A stretch of DNA of 64,000 bases, from assembly GCA_036264355.1 (NCBI GenBank), contig DATARD010000190.1, forward strand, positions 16,678-80,677. The letters run 5' to 3'. Below, in pieces: positions 21,375-30,652 of this stretch. Made by a program: the position numbers and the translations under genes. The stretch's first letter is position 1. Each line of letters starts with the position of its first letter. The notes beneath the pieces are model-generated. The model was not told the DNA's origin, searched no databases, and saw nothing but the letters and a program-made list of their open reading frames with translations. The stretch comes from Thermoanaerobaculia bacterium (GTDB lineage Bacteria; Acidobacteriota; Thermoanaerobaculia; Multivoradales; UBA5704).

Positions 21375-22009
21375 CCTCGTCGGGGCCGGCGGACGGTCCT
21401 CACCTTGCCGCTCGGCCCCCCGCCGCAGAAGAAGAGATTGCCGCCGTCGGATTCGAGCCCCGAGACCTTGACTCCGGGCGGCATCTCGAGCTGGTCCAGA
21501 ACTTCGCCCGTTCGCGGATCGACCCGCCGCAGATCGCTCTCTTCGCCTTCCCAGGTGCCGTGCCACAGCTCTCCGTCCACCCAGGTGACGCCGGTGACGA
21601 AGCGGTTGGATTCGATGGTGCGCAGAATCGCCCCGGTCTTGGGATCGATCTGGTGAATCTTCCGGTCCCGGTACTGCCCTACCCAGAGCGTCCCTTCGGC
21701 CCAGGTGAGCCCCGAGTCCCCGCCGCCGCCGGGCGCCGGGATGGTGGCGAGCACACGGCCGGTCTGCGGATCGATCTTCTGGATGCGGTCTTCGGCGAGT
21801 TGGAACAGGTGCCGGCCGTCGAAAGCCGTTCCTGCATGCGCGGCGACATCGATCGACCGCAGCATCTTCCCGCTCGCCGGATCGAAGGCGTTCAGCGTGT
21901 CTCCGGCGGCAAACCAGACGTTCTGGCCGTCATAGGAGACTCCATGGATGTGGTCGATGCCCGGAAAGGGTCCATCCTCGCGGACGATCTCGGCGGTTGA
22001 TTCGCTCAT
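21371..22009 (-). CDS. Glutaminyl-cyclase-like/YncE-type small beta-propeller protein
   Basis: Repeated 'G.AFDG..L', 'GLTWAEG.LW', 'GVTW.DG.LW', 'SGLESDG' blades. Confidence 0.75.
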   Translation of the reverse strand: MSESTAEIVREDGPFPGIDHIHGVSYDGQNVWFAAGDTLNAFDPASGKMLRSIDVAAHAGTAFDGRHLFQLAEDRIQKIDPQTGRVLATIPAPGGGGDSGLTWAEGTLWVGQYRDRKIHQIDPKTGAILRTIESNRFVTGVTWVDGELWHGTWEGEESDLRRVDPRTGEVLDQLEMPPGVKVSGLESDGGNLFFCGGGPSGKVRTVRRPRRG

Positions 22010-22018
22010 GCGGCCATC

Positions 22019-23248
22019 TTAGTCCGTCGGCAGCGGAGTGGGGAGTAACAAGGTCGTCGTGAATCCCGGCACGGGCGGGGTCACCCAGCGGCGGGCTCGC
22101 CCGCGGCCGAACGACTGCACCTTGCCTGCCGCCTCCAGCGCGTCGAGCGCCCGCTGCACGGTGCGCTGGCTCGTTCCCAACGCCAGCGCCAGGGCCGAGC
22201 TCGCCCACGACTCACCGTCGGCGAGGAAGGCGAGCACCCGCGCATGCTCCTCGTCGACGGGCGGGGCCAGCACGACCACCTCGCGGGCACGGCGCGGCGC
22301 CAGCGCGAAACCTCTCTTCGTCGCCTTAAGGTCGGCCAGCGGCCGGAGCACCGTCCGCAGCCGCCCGACTTCGACGCGCAACCGCGCGCGATGCGATTCA
22401 TCGGCGCGCCTGGCACCGAAGGCGCGCGCGACGAGCGCGTCCCGCGATACGTCTCCCGGCCACGCTTCGCCCAGCGCACGGGCGAGCGCGAACAACACCG
22501 GACGCGTGGCGAGCGAGACCACCTGGCCCTCGTCGCGCACGGCATGACGGCAGGCGTCCACGATGAAGGCTTCCGATGCCAGCAACGCTTCGACCTCTTC
22601 GAGCAGGACGAGCCGCTCCTCGCCCCTCGCCATCAGGCGTGCAGCGGGCGTGCTCAGGACGCGGATCGCGCTGTCGACCTCCGCCGTCAGCGCGGGGATC
22701 TGTGCCTGGCGCGCTGCACGCCCGGCCCGAGCGAGCGCCGCGCGCGCCGCCTGCGTGTGGAGCCGCCGCATCGCGATCCCCGCGACCACCAGCTCGTGGG
22801 CGGTCCGCGACGCGGGAGGGAAGGGCGAGGGGTCGAGGTCGGCGAGCGTACGCTCGGCTTCGTCGATGCGCCCGATCAGGAGGAGGCGCCGGGCCTCGAG
22901 GTAGCGCGCGTGCGCGGCGTTGACCAGGTCGCCGTGCGCTTCGAGCGTCGCCCGCGCCGCGTCGAGCGCCTTCGCGGGCCAGCCCAGCCAGCCGAGATCG
23001 CGCGAGACGAGCGCGATCTCGGCCTCGGCGACGACGCACCTCGCGCGGGCCACGGCCTCTTTCGGACCAAAGGCACGTGCAGCGCTGCGCAGGAGAGCCT
23101 TCGCGCGAACGAGATCGCCGAGCTGCGCCATCGCGAGGCCGCGCAGGGCGAGAGCCGGCGCGTCGTCGCGCAGAGCGACCCGCTTCAAGGCGCCGAGGGG
23201 ATCGCCCGCCGCCAGGGCGCGCGCCGCGGCGGTGATCAGCGAGTCCAT
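22019..23248 (-). CDS. TPR-like protein with C-terminal HTH (putative transcription regulator)
   Basis: C-terminal 'WASSALALALGTSQRTVQRALDAL...GKV' HTH; helical N-terminus. Confidence 0.75.
   Translation of the reverse strand: MDSLITAAARALAAGDPLGALKRVALRDDAPALALRGLAMAQLGDLVRAKALLRSAARAFGPKEAVARARCVVAEAEIALVSRDLGWLGWPAKALDAARATLEAHGDLVNAAHARYLEARRLLLIGRIDEAERTLADLDPSPFPPASRTAHELVVAGIAMRRLHTQAARAALARAGRAARQAQIPALTAEVDSAIRVLSTPAARLMARGEERLVLLEEVEALLASEAFIVDACRHAVRDEGQVVSLATRPVLFALARALGEAWPGDVSRDALVARAFGARRADESHRARLRVEVGRLRTVLRPLADLKATKRGFALAPRRAREVVVLAPPVDEEHARVLAFLADGESWASSALALALGTSQRTVQRALDALEAAGKVQSFGRGRARRWVTPPVPGFTTTLLLPTPLPTD
22041..22052 (-). promoter_or_regulatory. Operator-like motif CTTGTTACTCCC upstream of the propeller gene
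   Basis: 11/12 identical to the motif at 23264; 24 nt separate its TTGTTA from a TAAGAT -10 box. Confidence 0.5.
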
Positions 23249-23263
23249 CGGAATCCCGTCACA

Positions 23264-23275
23264 CTTGTCACTCCC
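23264..23275 (+). promoter_or_regulatory. Operator-like motif CTTGTCACTCCC between the regulator and DUF899
   Basis: Second copy of the motif; 25 nt separate its TTGTCA from TAAGTC; 16 nt from the regulator start. Confidence 0.5.
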
Positions 23276-23363
23276 ATCGTTTCGACATCCGGTGCTAAGT
23301 CTATGTCACGGCCAGGAGCCACCCGGTCGTATCGACAAACGATTTGAAAAGGAGAGACGAGCG

Positions 23364-24122
23364 ATGACGAATCACACGACAGGGACCCGGGAAGAGTGGC
23401 TCACGGCGCGGCGCGCGCTGCTCGCGGAGGAGAAGGAGCTCACGCGGCGCAGCGACGAGCTGGCGCGGCGGCGGCAGGAGCTGCCGTGGGTGCGGATCGA
23501 CAAGGAGTATCGATTCGAGACCGATGACGGGAGCGCTTCGCTGGCGGACCTCTTCCGCGGGCGCTCGCAGCTCCTCGTCTACCACTTCATGTTCGGGCCC
23601 GACTACAAGGCCGGCTGCCCGTCCTGCTCGGCGATCGCGGACGGCTTCAACGGGTTCGCCGTGCACCTGGCCCACCACGACGTGATGCTCTGGGCGGTGT
23701 CGCGGGCGCCCCTCGCGAAGCTGCAGGCGTTCAAGCAGCGGATGGAATGGACGTTCCCCTGGGCGTCCTCGTTCGGCGGCGACTTCAACCCCGACTTCAG
23801 CGTCCGGTTCACCGAGGAGCAACAGCGCGAGGGCATCGAATACAACTATCGGCGCGAGGGGGGGTGGAAAGGCGGCGGAGAGGGGGCTGCCGCCTTCGCC
23901 GCCATGGCCGGAACCGACGCGGCCACGTTCACGCGCGAGAGGCCGGGCCTGAGCGCGTTCGTCCTCAACGACGGCGTCGTCTACCATACCTATTCGACCT
24001 ATGCGCGCGGACTGGACGGCCTCTGGGGCATGTACCAGTGGCTCGACCGCGCTCCCAAGGGGCGCAACGAGACGGGCGCCTGGTGGCGCCACCACGACAA
24101 ATACGACGAGCACCAGGGCTGA
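23364..24122 (+). CDS. DUF899-family thioredoxin-like protein
   Basis: 'REEWL.AR..LL..EK..TR', 'LADLF.GRSQL.VYHFM', CPSC, 'YHTYSTYARG.D'. Confidence 0.9.
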   Translation: MTNHTTGTREEWLTARRALLAEEKELTRRSDELARRRQELPWVRIDKEYRFETDDGSASLADLFRGRSQLLVYHFMFGPDYKAGCPSCSAIADGFNGFAVHLAHHDVMLWAVSRAPLAKLQAFKQRMEWTFPWASSFGGDFNPDFSVRFTEEQQREGIEYNYRREGGWKGGGEGAAAFAAMAGTDAATFTRERPGLSAFVLNDGVVYHTYSTYARGLDGLWGMYQWLDRAPKGRNETGAWWRHHDKYDEHQG

Positions 24123-24134
24123 ACGAAGTCCATC

Positions 24135-24962
24135 ATGGCTTCCATGGCTTCCGAGCGAGCCTCCCGGCATGCGTTCTTCGGCGTCTCCGCGCTGGTCTTC
24201 GCGGCCAGCGCGGCGGTCACCATCGTCTGGTGCGCGTCTATGCCGGCGACGGGCGGGATGCCGATGCCCGGCGGCTGGACGATGTCGATGGCGTGGATGC
24301 GGATGCCCGGACAGACGTGGCCCGGCGCCGCGGCATCGTTCCTCGGCATGTGGATCGTGATGATGGTGGCGATGATGCTGCCCTCTCTGGTCCCCATGCT
24401 GTGGCGCTACCGCCAGGCCGTCGGCGGGACGGGCGCGCGTCTGGACCGGCTGATGGCGCTCGTGGGCCTGGGGTACTTCTGCGTGTGGACCGGGTTCGGA
24501 ATGGCCGCCTTTCCGCTGGGCGTTGCGCTGGCGGCGGTCGAGATGCGGCAGCCGTCGCTGGCGCGCGCCGTTCCGATCGCGGCCGGGGTGGTCGTGCTGA
24601 TCGCCGGCGTTCTCCAACTCACCGCATGGAAGGCACGTCACCTTGCCTGCTGCCGGGAGGCCTGCTGCCGGGAGGCGCCCGGGTGCGGCCATACTCTGCC
24701 TGCCGACGCCGGCACGGCCTGGCGGCACGGGCTGCGCCTGGGCCTCCACTGCAGCCGCTGCTGCGCCGGTCTGATGGCGATCCTCCTGGTCCTGGGGATC
24801 ATGGACCTTCGCGTGATGGCTGTCGTGACGGCAGCCATCACCGGCGAACGTCTGGCACCGGCCGGCGAGGGCGTCGCGCGAGCCCTCGGAGCAGTCGCCA
24901 TCGGGGCAGGGCTGTTGCTGATCGCGCGAGCTGTCGGGATGTTCGCCGGGATTTTGCGTTGA
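24135..24962 (+). CDS. DUF2182-family metal-binding integral membrane protein
   Basis: Met-rich 'MMVAMMLPS', 'QLT.WK...L.CC', 'G..LG.HC..CC..LM'. Confidence 0.88.
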   Translation: MASMASERASRHAFFGVSALVFAASAAVTIVWCASMPATGGMPMPGGWTMSMAWMRMPGQTWPGAAASFLGMWIVMMVAMMLPSLVPMLWRYRQAVGGTGARLDRLMALVGLGYFCVWTGFGMAAFPLGVALAAVEMRQPSLARAVPIAAGVVVLIAGVLQLTAWKARHLACCREACCREAPGCGHTLPADAGTAWRHGLRLGLHCSRCCAGLMAILLVLGIMDLRVMAVVTAAITGERLAPAGEGVARALGAVAIGAGLLLIARAVGMFAGILR

Positions 24963-24966
24963 GGCT

Positions 24967-25626
24967 TCAGCCCGCCAGCGCCGCCGTCAGCTCGGCCGCC
25001 GTCGCCACCCGCAGGCCGGTCATCAGCCCGGCGGTGCCGAGCGGGCGGGGAAAGCCCCATTCGACGAGCGCGAAGGGGCAGCCGGCGGCTTGGGCGGTTT
25101 CGGCGTCGATGCGGGTGTCGCCCACCAGGAGGAGACGGTCGACGGGGGTGCCGAGGCGCTCGGCGAGCTGGCGCAGACCAGCGGGATCGGGCTTGCGGCT
25201 GGGCAGGCTGTCGCCTCCCAGGACTTCGCGGAAGAAGCTGTCGAGCCCAAGGCCGGCGAGGATGAGGCGCGACAGCTCCTCCCCTTTGTTGCTGAGCAGG
25301 GCCAACGGGTAGCGCTCCGCCAGGGCGGCGAGCATCTCGGGAACCCCGGGATAGGGGCGGGTCTCGTCGAGGCAGACGTCGCGGTAGGCGGCGAGGTAGA
25401 GCACCAGCGCTTCGTCGCGGCGGTCCGCCGGCAGCTCCGGGAAAGCGCGCTCGATCAGCAGCCGCGCCCCCTCGCCGACCATGCCCACCACCTCTTCGAG
25501 CTGCAGCGGCGGCAGGTCGTAGCGCCCGCGGGTGCGGTTGACCGCGGTGGTGATGTCGTGGCGGGAGTCGATCAACGTGCCGTCCAGGTCGAAGACCAGG
25601 GCGGCCGGGAGGCTGGCCAGGGGCAT
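24967..25626 (-). CDS. gph: HAD-family hydrolase, phosphoglycolate phosphatase-like
   Basis: 'FDLDGTLIDS', 'YPGV', 'LSNK', 'KPDP', 'VGD...D'. Confidence 0.85.
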   Translation of the reverse strand: MPLASLPAALVFDLDGTLIDSRHDITTAVNRTRGRYDLPPLQLEEVVGMVGEGARLLIERAFPELPADRRDEALVLYLAAYRDVCLDETRPYPGVPEMLAALAERYPLALLSNKGEELSRLILAGLGLDSFFREVLGGDSLPSRKPDPAGLRQLAERLGTPVDRLLLVGDTRIDAETAQAAGCPFALVEWGFPRPLGTAGLMTGLRVATAAELTAALAG

Positions 25627-25639
25627 GCGCCGAATCCGG

Positions 25640-26494
25640 TCAGCCGTCGATGAACTCGGCCTTCACCCGCGCCGGCAGGATGCCGGCGGTGTAGCCGCGG
25701 TCGAGCAGGAGCTGCACGGCGCGCCGGCCGGCCTCGCCGTAGGAGCGGGTCCAGTCGTTGACGTACATCCCGACGAAACGGTCCGAGCGCTCGGGATCGT
25801 CCTCCAGGCCGCGGGCGTAGCGGACGGCGTAGTCCAGCGCCTCCTTGCGGTGGTCGAGCCCATACTCGATACTCTGGGTGAGCAACCGGCAGAGACGGCG
25901 CTTCAGCTCTTCGTCGAGATCGCGCTTGATGCCGTTTCCCCCCAGAGGGAGAGGGAGACCGGTCTCCCCTTTCCACCAGGCGCCGAGGTCGACGACGCTG
26001 TGCAGCCCGAGATCCCCATAGGTGAGCTGCCCCTCGTGGATCACGACGCCGGCGTCGAATTCGCCGGCCTGCACGACGTCGAGGATGCGGTCGAACGGGA
26101 CGATCGCCGTGGTCACCTCCGGCTGCCAGAGATGGAGGGTCAGGTTCGCCGTGGTGAGCTGGCCGGGGATCGCCACCTTGCGCCCCGCCAGGTCGTCCCG
26201 GGAGAGCGGGCCGCGGGAGACGACGATCGGGCCGTAGCCGTCGCCGAAGCTCGCCCCGGAGGGCATGAGCTGATAGCGGTCGGCGAGGTGCGCATAGCCG
26301 TGGAAGGAGAGGGCGGTGATCTCGTAGGTGCCGTGGAACGCCGCCTGGTTCAAAGTTTCGATATCCTGGAGGACGTGCCGGATCTCCAGGCCTGCCGTAT
26401 CCAGGATCCCCTGGGTCAGGGCATAGAACATGAATGCATCGTCCGAGTCAGGGCTGTGGGCGATACGGATCGTGGTGGTCGGATTCTCGCTCAT
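25640..26494 (-). CDS. mqnD: 1,4-dihydroxy-6-naphthoate synthase (MqnA/MqnD family; futalosine menaquinone pathway)
   Basis: 'IAHSPDSDDAFMFYAL', 'IHEGQLTY', 'DLG.WW...TGLPLPLG', 'YVN..T'. Confidence 0.9.
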   Translation of the reverse strand: MSENPTTTIRIAHSPDSDDAFMFYALTQGILDTAGLEIRHVLQDIETLNQAAFHGTYEITALSFHGYAHLADRYQLMPSGASFGDGYGPIVVSRGPLSRDDLAGRKVAIPGQLTTANLTLHLWQPEVTTAIVPFDRILDVVQAGEFDAGVVIHEGQLTYGDLGLHSVVDLGAWWKGETGLPLPLGGNGIKRDLDEELKRRLCRLLTQSIEYGLDHRKEALDYAVRYARGLEDDPERSDRFVGMYVNDWTRSYGEAGRRAVQLLLDRGYTAGILPARVKAEFIDG

Positions 26495-26571
26495 GGCGCG
26501 GGGAGGCTATCACAACCGAACTGTCCTCGAAGGAGGACGTTTTCTCAAGGAACATCCAAGGAGATTGATCG

Positions 26572-26958
26572 ATGAAAATGCCGTCGCGCAGTCAATGGGC
26601 TCTGCTCTTCGCGTCCGCCCTGGTGATCGTAGGGCTGGCCGCTCCGTATGTCCTGCATGCCGACGACGGGTTCGCCAGCGATGGCTACCTGAAGGATGAC
26701 GGGAGGTGCCTCATCCTGACCGAGCATGACGGCCATCAGCGCGTGCTGGTAGGCGCCACCAACGGCCTGGGAGCGCAGGACCACGTCCGCCTCTGGGGCC
26801 GCCCGGTCCGCGGCGCCGAGTGCAACCACTACCGCACCCCCGCCTACGAGGTCACCGAGGTCTTGACGGTGTGGGCCAACGACCGCCACACTAAGACCTT
26901 CTACGATCATGAGAAGGACGGCTCGTTCGAGCGGTGGGCGCGACGCAACCGCGGCTGA
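26572..26958 (+). CDS. Secreted DUF5818-like protein, paralog 1
   Basis: Signal peptide; 'DGYL...CL.L.EHDG....L.GA..GL...DHVRL.G...G..C...AYEVTEVLT.W'. Confidence 0.75.
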   Translation: MKMPSRSQWALLFASALVIVGLAAPYVLHADDGFASDGYLKDDGRCLILTEHDGHQRVLVGATNGLGAQDHVRLWGRPVRGAECNHYRTPAYEVTEVLTVWANDRHTKTFYDHEKDGSFERWARRNRG

Positions 26959-26983
26959 GGCGGGCTGTTCCAAGGAGAGAGCG

Positions 26984-27367
26984 ATGAGAATGTTCTGCAG
27001 TCGTCTGGCAGTGGTTTTCGGGTTGGTCCTGCTGATCGGAGGCTTGGCGGCCCCCCTCAATGCGGACAACGGCTTCGCTTCAGACGGCTATCTGAGCTGG
27101 GATGACAACGGCGAATGCCTGCTGCTGCACGAGCACGACGGGCACGTGCGGATCCTGACCGGCGCGATCGACGGCCTTGACGAGGAGGACCACGTCCGCC
27201 TCTGGAGCCACGCTGTCAACGGTGCCGAGTGCAACGGCAACCGGGGCCAGGCCTACGAGGTCACCGAGGTGCTCACCCTGTGGGCCGACGACAACCACAG
27301 CGAAACTTACTACGACCACGAGACCGACGGCTCCTTCCTGAGCTGGGTGGCGCGCAACCGCGGCTGA
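26984..27367 (+). CDS. Secreted DUF5818-like protein, paralog 2
   Basis: RBS AAGGAG; aligns end to end with paralog 1, both ending RNRG. Confidence 0.75.
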   Translation: MRMFCSRLAVVFGLVLLIGGLAAPLNADNGFASDGYLSWDDNGECLLLHEHDGHVRILTGAIDGLDEEDHVRLWSHAVNGAECNGNRGQAYEVTEVLTLWADDNHSETYYDHETDGSFLSWVARNRG

Positions 27368-27370
27368 GGC

Positions 27371-27396
27371 AAGGCGGCCGCACGGCCGCCTTTTTT
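27371..27396 (+). terminator. Rho-independent terminator
   Basis: AAGGCGGCC-GCAC-GGCCGCCTT followed by a T run. Confidence 0.85.
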
Positions 27397-27488
27397 CGGT
27401 CGTCCCCTCCTCTGGCATCTCCCTTGCTACATCTATAGAAGCGAGAAGGCTTTTCGATCGGAAAGCCGAGACTGGAGGAGGTAGCATC

Positions 27489-28202
27489 ATGAGAAAATCT
27501 TCGAGCAGAAACCTCACACGATTTTTCGTGCCCGCCCTGTTGCTTGGCGCGGGCCTGTCGCTGCATGGAACCGCCGCCCGCGCGGCGGACAACGGCTTCG
27601 CGATTGATGGGTACTTGAGCAATGACCAGAACAGCGGTTGCATGGTCCTGCGCGAGCACGACGGTGGCACGCGGTTCCTGGCCGGCGCGACCGGCGGCCT
27701 GCAATCGGGTGAGCACGCGCGTCTCTATGTGCGCGCGGTGAACGGCTCGGTCTGCAACGTGCGCGGCAACGCCTATGAGGTCTCCGAGGTGCTGACCCTG
27801 TGGTGAGATGACCGGCACAAGACGACCACGTATGACCATCTGACCGACGGGACCTTCGGCGACTACGTCAACCGCAGCCAGGGCGGCTATCACGGCAACG
27901 GCTACGGTTACCGCCAGGGCATGGACAACGGCCAGTATCGCCAGGGATATCCGGACCAGAGGGACCAGAGGGGCTACCGCGATGACAATCGCGGCGACCT
28001 GATCAGCCTGCGCGGCCGGTTGTCCGACGACGAAGGCGGCGCCTGCCCGGTGCTGCGCACCCGCGACGGCCAGGTCTGGAATCTGGAAGGCGATCTGAGC
28101 CGGTTCCGCGACCACGCGCGCGTGCGGGTGGTGGGCTGGGCCGAACCCGACTCGCGGTGCGGTGGCCAGACGCTCCACGTCCGCCGCATGACCAGCGACT
28201 AG
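27489..28202 (+). pseudogene. DUF5818-like paralog 3 (two domains joined by a Y/G/R/Q-rich linker), interrupted by an in-frame TGA at 27804-27806
   Basis: After 'VLTLW*' the same frame reads DDRHKTTTYDHLTDGTF, homologous to paralogs 1/2, and continues into ORF 27921-28202. Confidence 0.75.
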
Positions 28203-28230
28203 AGCTGGCTCCTCCAGGTGCAGGGGGGCG

Positions 28231-28254
28231 CAGGGCGGCCGGAAGGCCGCCCTG
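28231..28254. terminator. Hairpin between convergent genes
   Basis: CAGGGCGGCC-GGAA-GGCCGCCCTG, perfect 10-bp stem. Confidence 0.7.
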
Positions 28255-28259
28255 TGTAT

Positions 28260-29699
28260 TTATTCGTACTGGATGAACCCGGCCCCCAGGATGTGGTCCG
28301 GATCGAACCGCTGCTTGGCCGCCTGCATGCGCGGCCACTCGTTGCCGTAGTGGGCCGCCCATTTCTCGGCGGTGTCGAAGGTGACATAGCCGGAGAGGTA
28401 GCGCTTGCCGCCGTAGTGGATCGACAGGTCGCTGCACAGGTCGAGCTGGCTGAGGGCGCGCTCCAGGGCCCAGGCCGGAACCCCCGGCAGGATGCCCCAG
28501 CCCATCACGAAGTCCCCTTCCGGATGCATGAAGAGCGGCACGTCCGAGGTGCGCGCGTAGGCCGGCCAGAGGAGGATTTGGCCGCCCGGCCCGAGCGCCT
28601 GCGGCGGGGTGATGGCGAGCACCGACTCGATGAACTCGCGCGCCGTGTCCCAGGGCAGGGTGGTCTCCATCCAGGGGTGATGCATGTCCCAGTAGCCGCC
28701 GCGCCGCCACAACTCGAAGACCGGGTCCATCCGGCAGCAGAATTCGAGCTGGGTGTAGTCGCTGGTCTCCAAGTGCTTGTATGGGGTGAGGCCGGCGAGC
28801 ACGGCCTGGGTGTCCGGCTCCTCGCCGTCGTCATATTCGACCGTCAGGTGGAGCGGATACATCCAGTAGGCGAACGTCTGCACGCCTTCGGCCAGCTCCA
28901 TCCCCTCGCCGATCTTGCGGATGCCCTGGAAGCAGGGGGTGCACCACGACTCCAGGGACGAGAAGGTCGGATTGGCCGGGTCCATCACCTTCTTCGCGTC
29001 GGCCATCAGCGCGCCCAGGTCGTCGTACAGCAGGTAGTACTTGCGGACGCGCGGCTTGCAGTGGCGCAGGCGGATCTTGGCCTTGGTGATGATGCCGAAC
29101 TGCCCGAGGCTGCAGCGCACGGCGTCGAACAGCTCGCGGTTCTCGTCGCGCGAGCAGGTGACGATCTCGCCCGCGCCGGTGACCACTTCGAGCTCGACCG
29201 CGGTGTCCGCCTGGGTGCCATAGCGGAAGCTGGCGACGCCGAGACCGGCCATGGAGAGCGTGCCGGCGATGGTGACGTTCAGATTGTTGGTGAGGACGCG
29301 CGGCACCAGGCCGTGCTCCAGGCTGGCGCGCACGAGCTGCCGCCACACGACGCCGCCGCCCACCGTGGCGACCTCGCCGGCGGTGTCGATCTCGTGGATC
29401 GTGCTGAGCGACGAGGTGTCGAGGAGGACGCCGTCCTTGACCGTCGACTGGCCGGTCTGGGTGTGCCCCTGGCCGCGGGCGACCAGCGGGATCTTCCGCT
29501 CGCGGCAGAAGCGCACGACCGCCGCCACCTCGTCGGCCGAGGCGCAGCGCGCCACCGCGCCGGGCAGGCGGTCCACCATGCGGCCGAAATCGGAGCGGAA
29601 CTGGGAGCGGGTCTCCTCGTCGAGGAGAATGCGGTCACCGAAAACCTCCTTGAGCTCAAGGAAGTCGCGAGACGTAGCCGGTGGAATCGTAACGGTCAT
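28260..29699 (-). CDS. FAD-binding oxidoreductase, cytokinin-dehydrogenase-like (VAO/PCMH family)
   Basis: 'ARGQGHTQTGQS', 'TIAGTLSMAG.G', 'LGQFGIIT', 'HPW', 'KRYL', 'K.RFDP..IL..G'. Confidence 0.85.
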   Translation of the reverse strand: MTVTIPPATSRDFLELKEVFGDRILLDEETRSQFRSDFGRMVDRLPGAVARCASADEVAAVVRFCRERKIPLVARGQGHTQTGQSTVKDGVLLDTSSLSTIHEIDTAGEVATVGGGVVWRQLVRASLEHGLVPRVLTNNLNVTIAGTLSMAGLGVASFRYGTQADTAVELEVVTGAGEIVTCSRDENRELFDAVRCSLGQFGIITKAKIRLRHCKPRVRKYYLLYDDLGALMADAKKVMDPANPTFSSLESWCTPCFQGIRKIGEGMELAEGVQTFAYWMYPLHLTVEYDDGEEPDTQAVLAGLTPYKHLETSDYTQLEFCCRMDPVFELWRRGGYWDMHHPWMETTLPWDTAREFIESVLAITPPQALGPGGQILLWPAYARTSDVPLFMHPEGDFVMGWGILPGVPAWALERALSQLDLCSDLSIHYGGKRYLSGYVTFDTAEKWAAHYGNEWPRMQAAKQRFDPDHILGAGFIQYE

Positions 29700-29743
29700 A
29701 AAGCGGAGCTCTCCAGGATCACGCCGAGCGAACGCCGCTCCCC

Positions 29744-30307
29744 TCAGCGTGGAGGAGGCGGCGGGGGCGGCGGGGTTGCATTCTCTGGGACAGGGACGGG
29801 AACAGGGACGGGTGCCGGGGGCGTAAGCTGCCGGCCGGATTTCTGGGCGGCGGCGGTCTCGGCGGCGTGGCCGGCCAGATCGAGGGGCAGCACGGTGCGG
29901 AAGCCTTTGCGGATCCAGCCGTCGATCCCACCGTCCATCAGCACCGCGTTCTCGAAACCGGAGGAGGTCAACACCGCCATGCCTTCCTCGGAGCAGACCT
30001 GGGTGTCACAGTAGACGAGGAAGGTCTCCTCGCGCAGCGCGCTCAGCTCCAACAGACGATAAGGGAGCCGGTCGACCGGGATGTTGTAGGCCCGGAAGAG
30101 GTGGCCGGTGTCGCCGTTGAACGCCTGCGGGCTGCGCAGGTCGAGGATCAGGATGTTCGGGCTGTCGTGCATCATCTCATAGGCGATGGGGGGGCTCACC
30201 TTGCTGTACGGCGGGCGGTGTGCCGCCCGCTCCGCCATCCGCCGCTTGAGGGCGCTGCAGCCGGGGAGGAGCAACAGGCACAGGGCCAGGAGAGCTGTCC
30301 GCCGCAT
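29744..30307 (-). CDS. Rhodanese-like lipoprotein with a Pro-rich tail
   Basis: Lipobox LPGC; 'ILDLR...F..GH...A.NIP', 'VYC', 'GG..GW'. Confidence 0.8.
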   Translation of the reverse strand: MRRTALLALCLLLLPGCSALKRRMAERAAHRPPYSKVSPPIAYEMMHDSPNILILDLRSPQAFNGDTGHLFRAYNIPVDRLPYRLLELSALREETFLVYCDTQVCSEEGMAVLTSSGFENAVLMDGGIDGWIRKGFRTVLPLDLAGHAAETAAAQKSGRQLTPPAPVPVPVPVPENATPPPPPPPPR

Positions 30308-30313
30308 GTCTCT

Positions 30314-30652
30314 CTACCGCGCCGCGGTGAGGGCCGCGTCAACGGTGTCATAGATGGAGAACAGCTCGGCAAGCTTCGCCACCTGGAGCAGCTTGCGGAT
30401 CCGTTCCGACGGATTGACCAGGATCAGCTCGCGGTGGGAGCTGCGGAAGCGGCCGAGATAGCCCACCAGCTCGCCGATCCCCGTCGAGTCGATGAAGTTG
30501 ATTTTCGAGAAGTCGATGATCACGTGGCCGCGGTCGTCGGCGAGGGCGCGCTCCAGCGTCTGCGCGAAGAACTGGGCGCTTTCGCCGAGCTTGATGACCC
30601 CCTCGACGTTGAGAAGGGTGAACCCGTTGAGATGGCGCTTTTCGACGATCAT
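30314..30652 (-). CDS. STAS-domain anti-sigma-factor antagonist
   Basis: 'IIDFSKINFIDSTGIGELV', 'LVNPS.RI.KLL'. Confidence 0.9.
   Translation of the reverse strand: MIVEKRHLNGFTLLNVEGVIKLGESAQFFAQTLERALADDRGHVIIDFSKINFIDSTGIGELVGYLGRFRSSHRELILVNPSERIRKLLQVAKLAELFSIYDTVDAALTAAR

Noticed and set aside
27804-27860. Selenocysteine recoding of the in-frame TGA
   Set aside because: The position aligns with Ala, not Cys, in the paralogs, and no SECIS-like hairpin is evident downstream.
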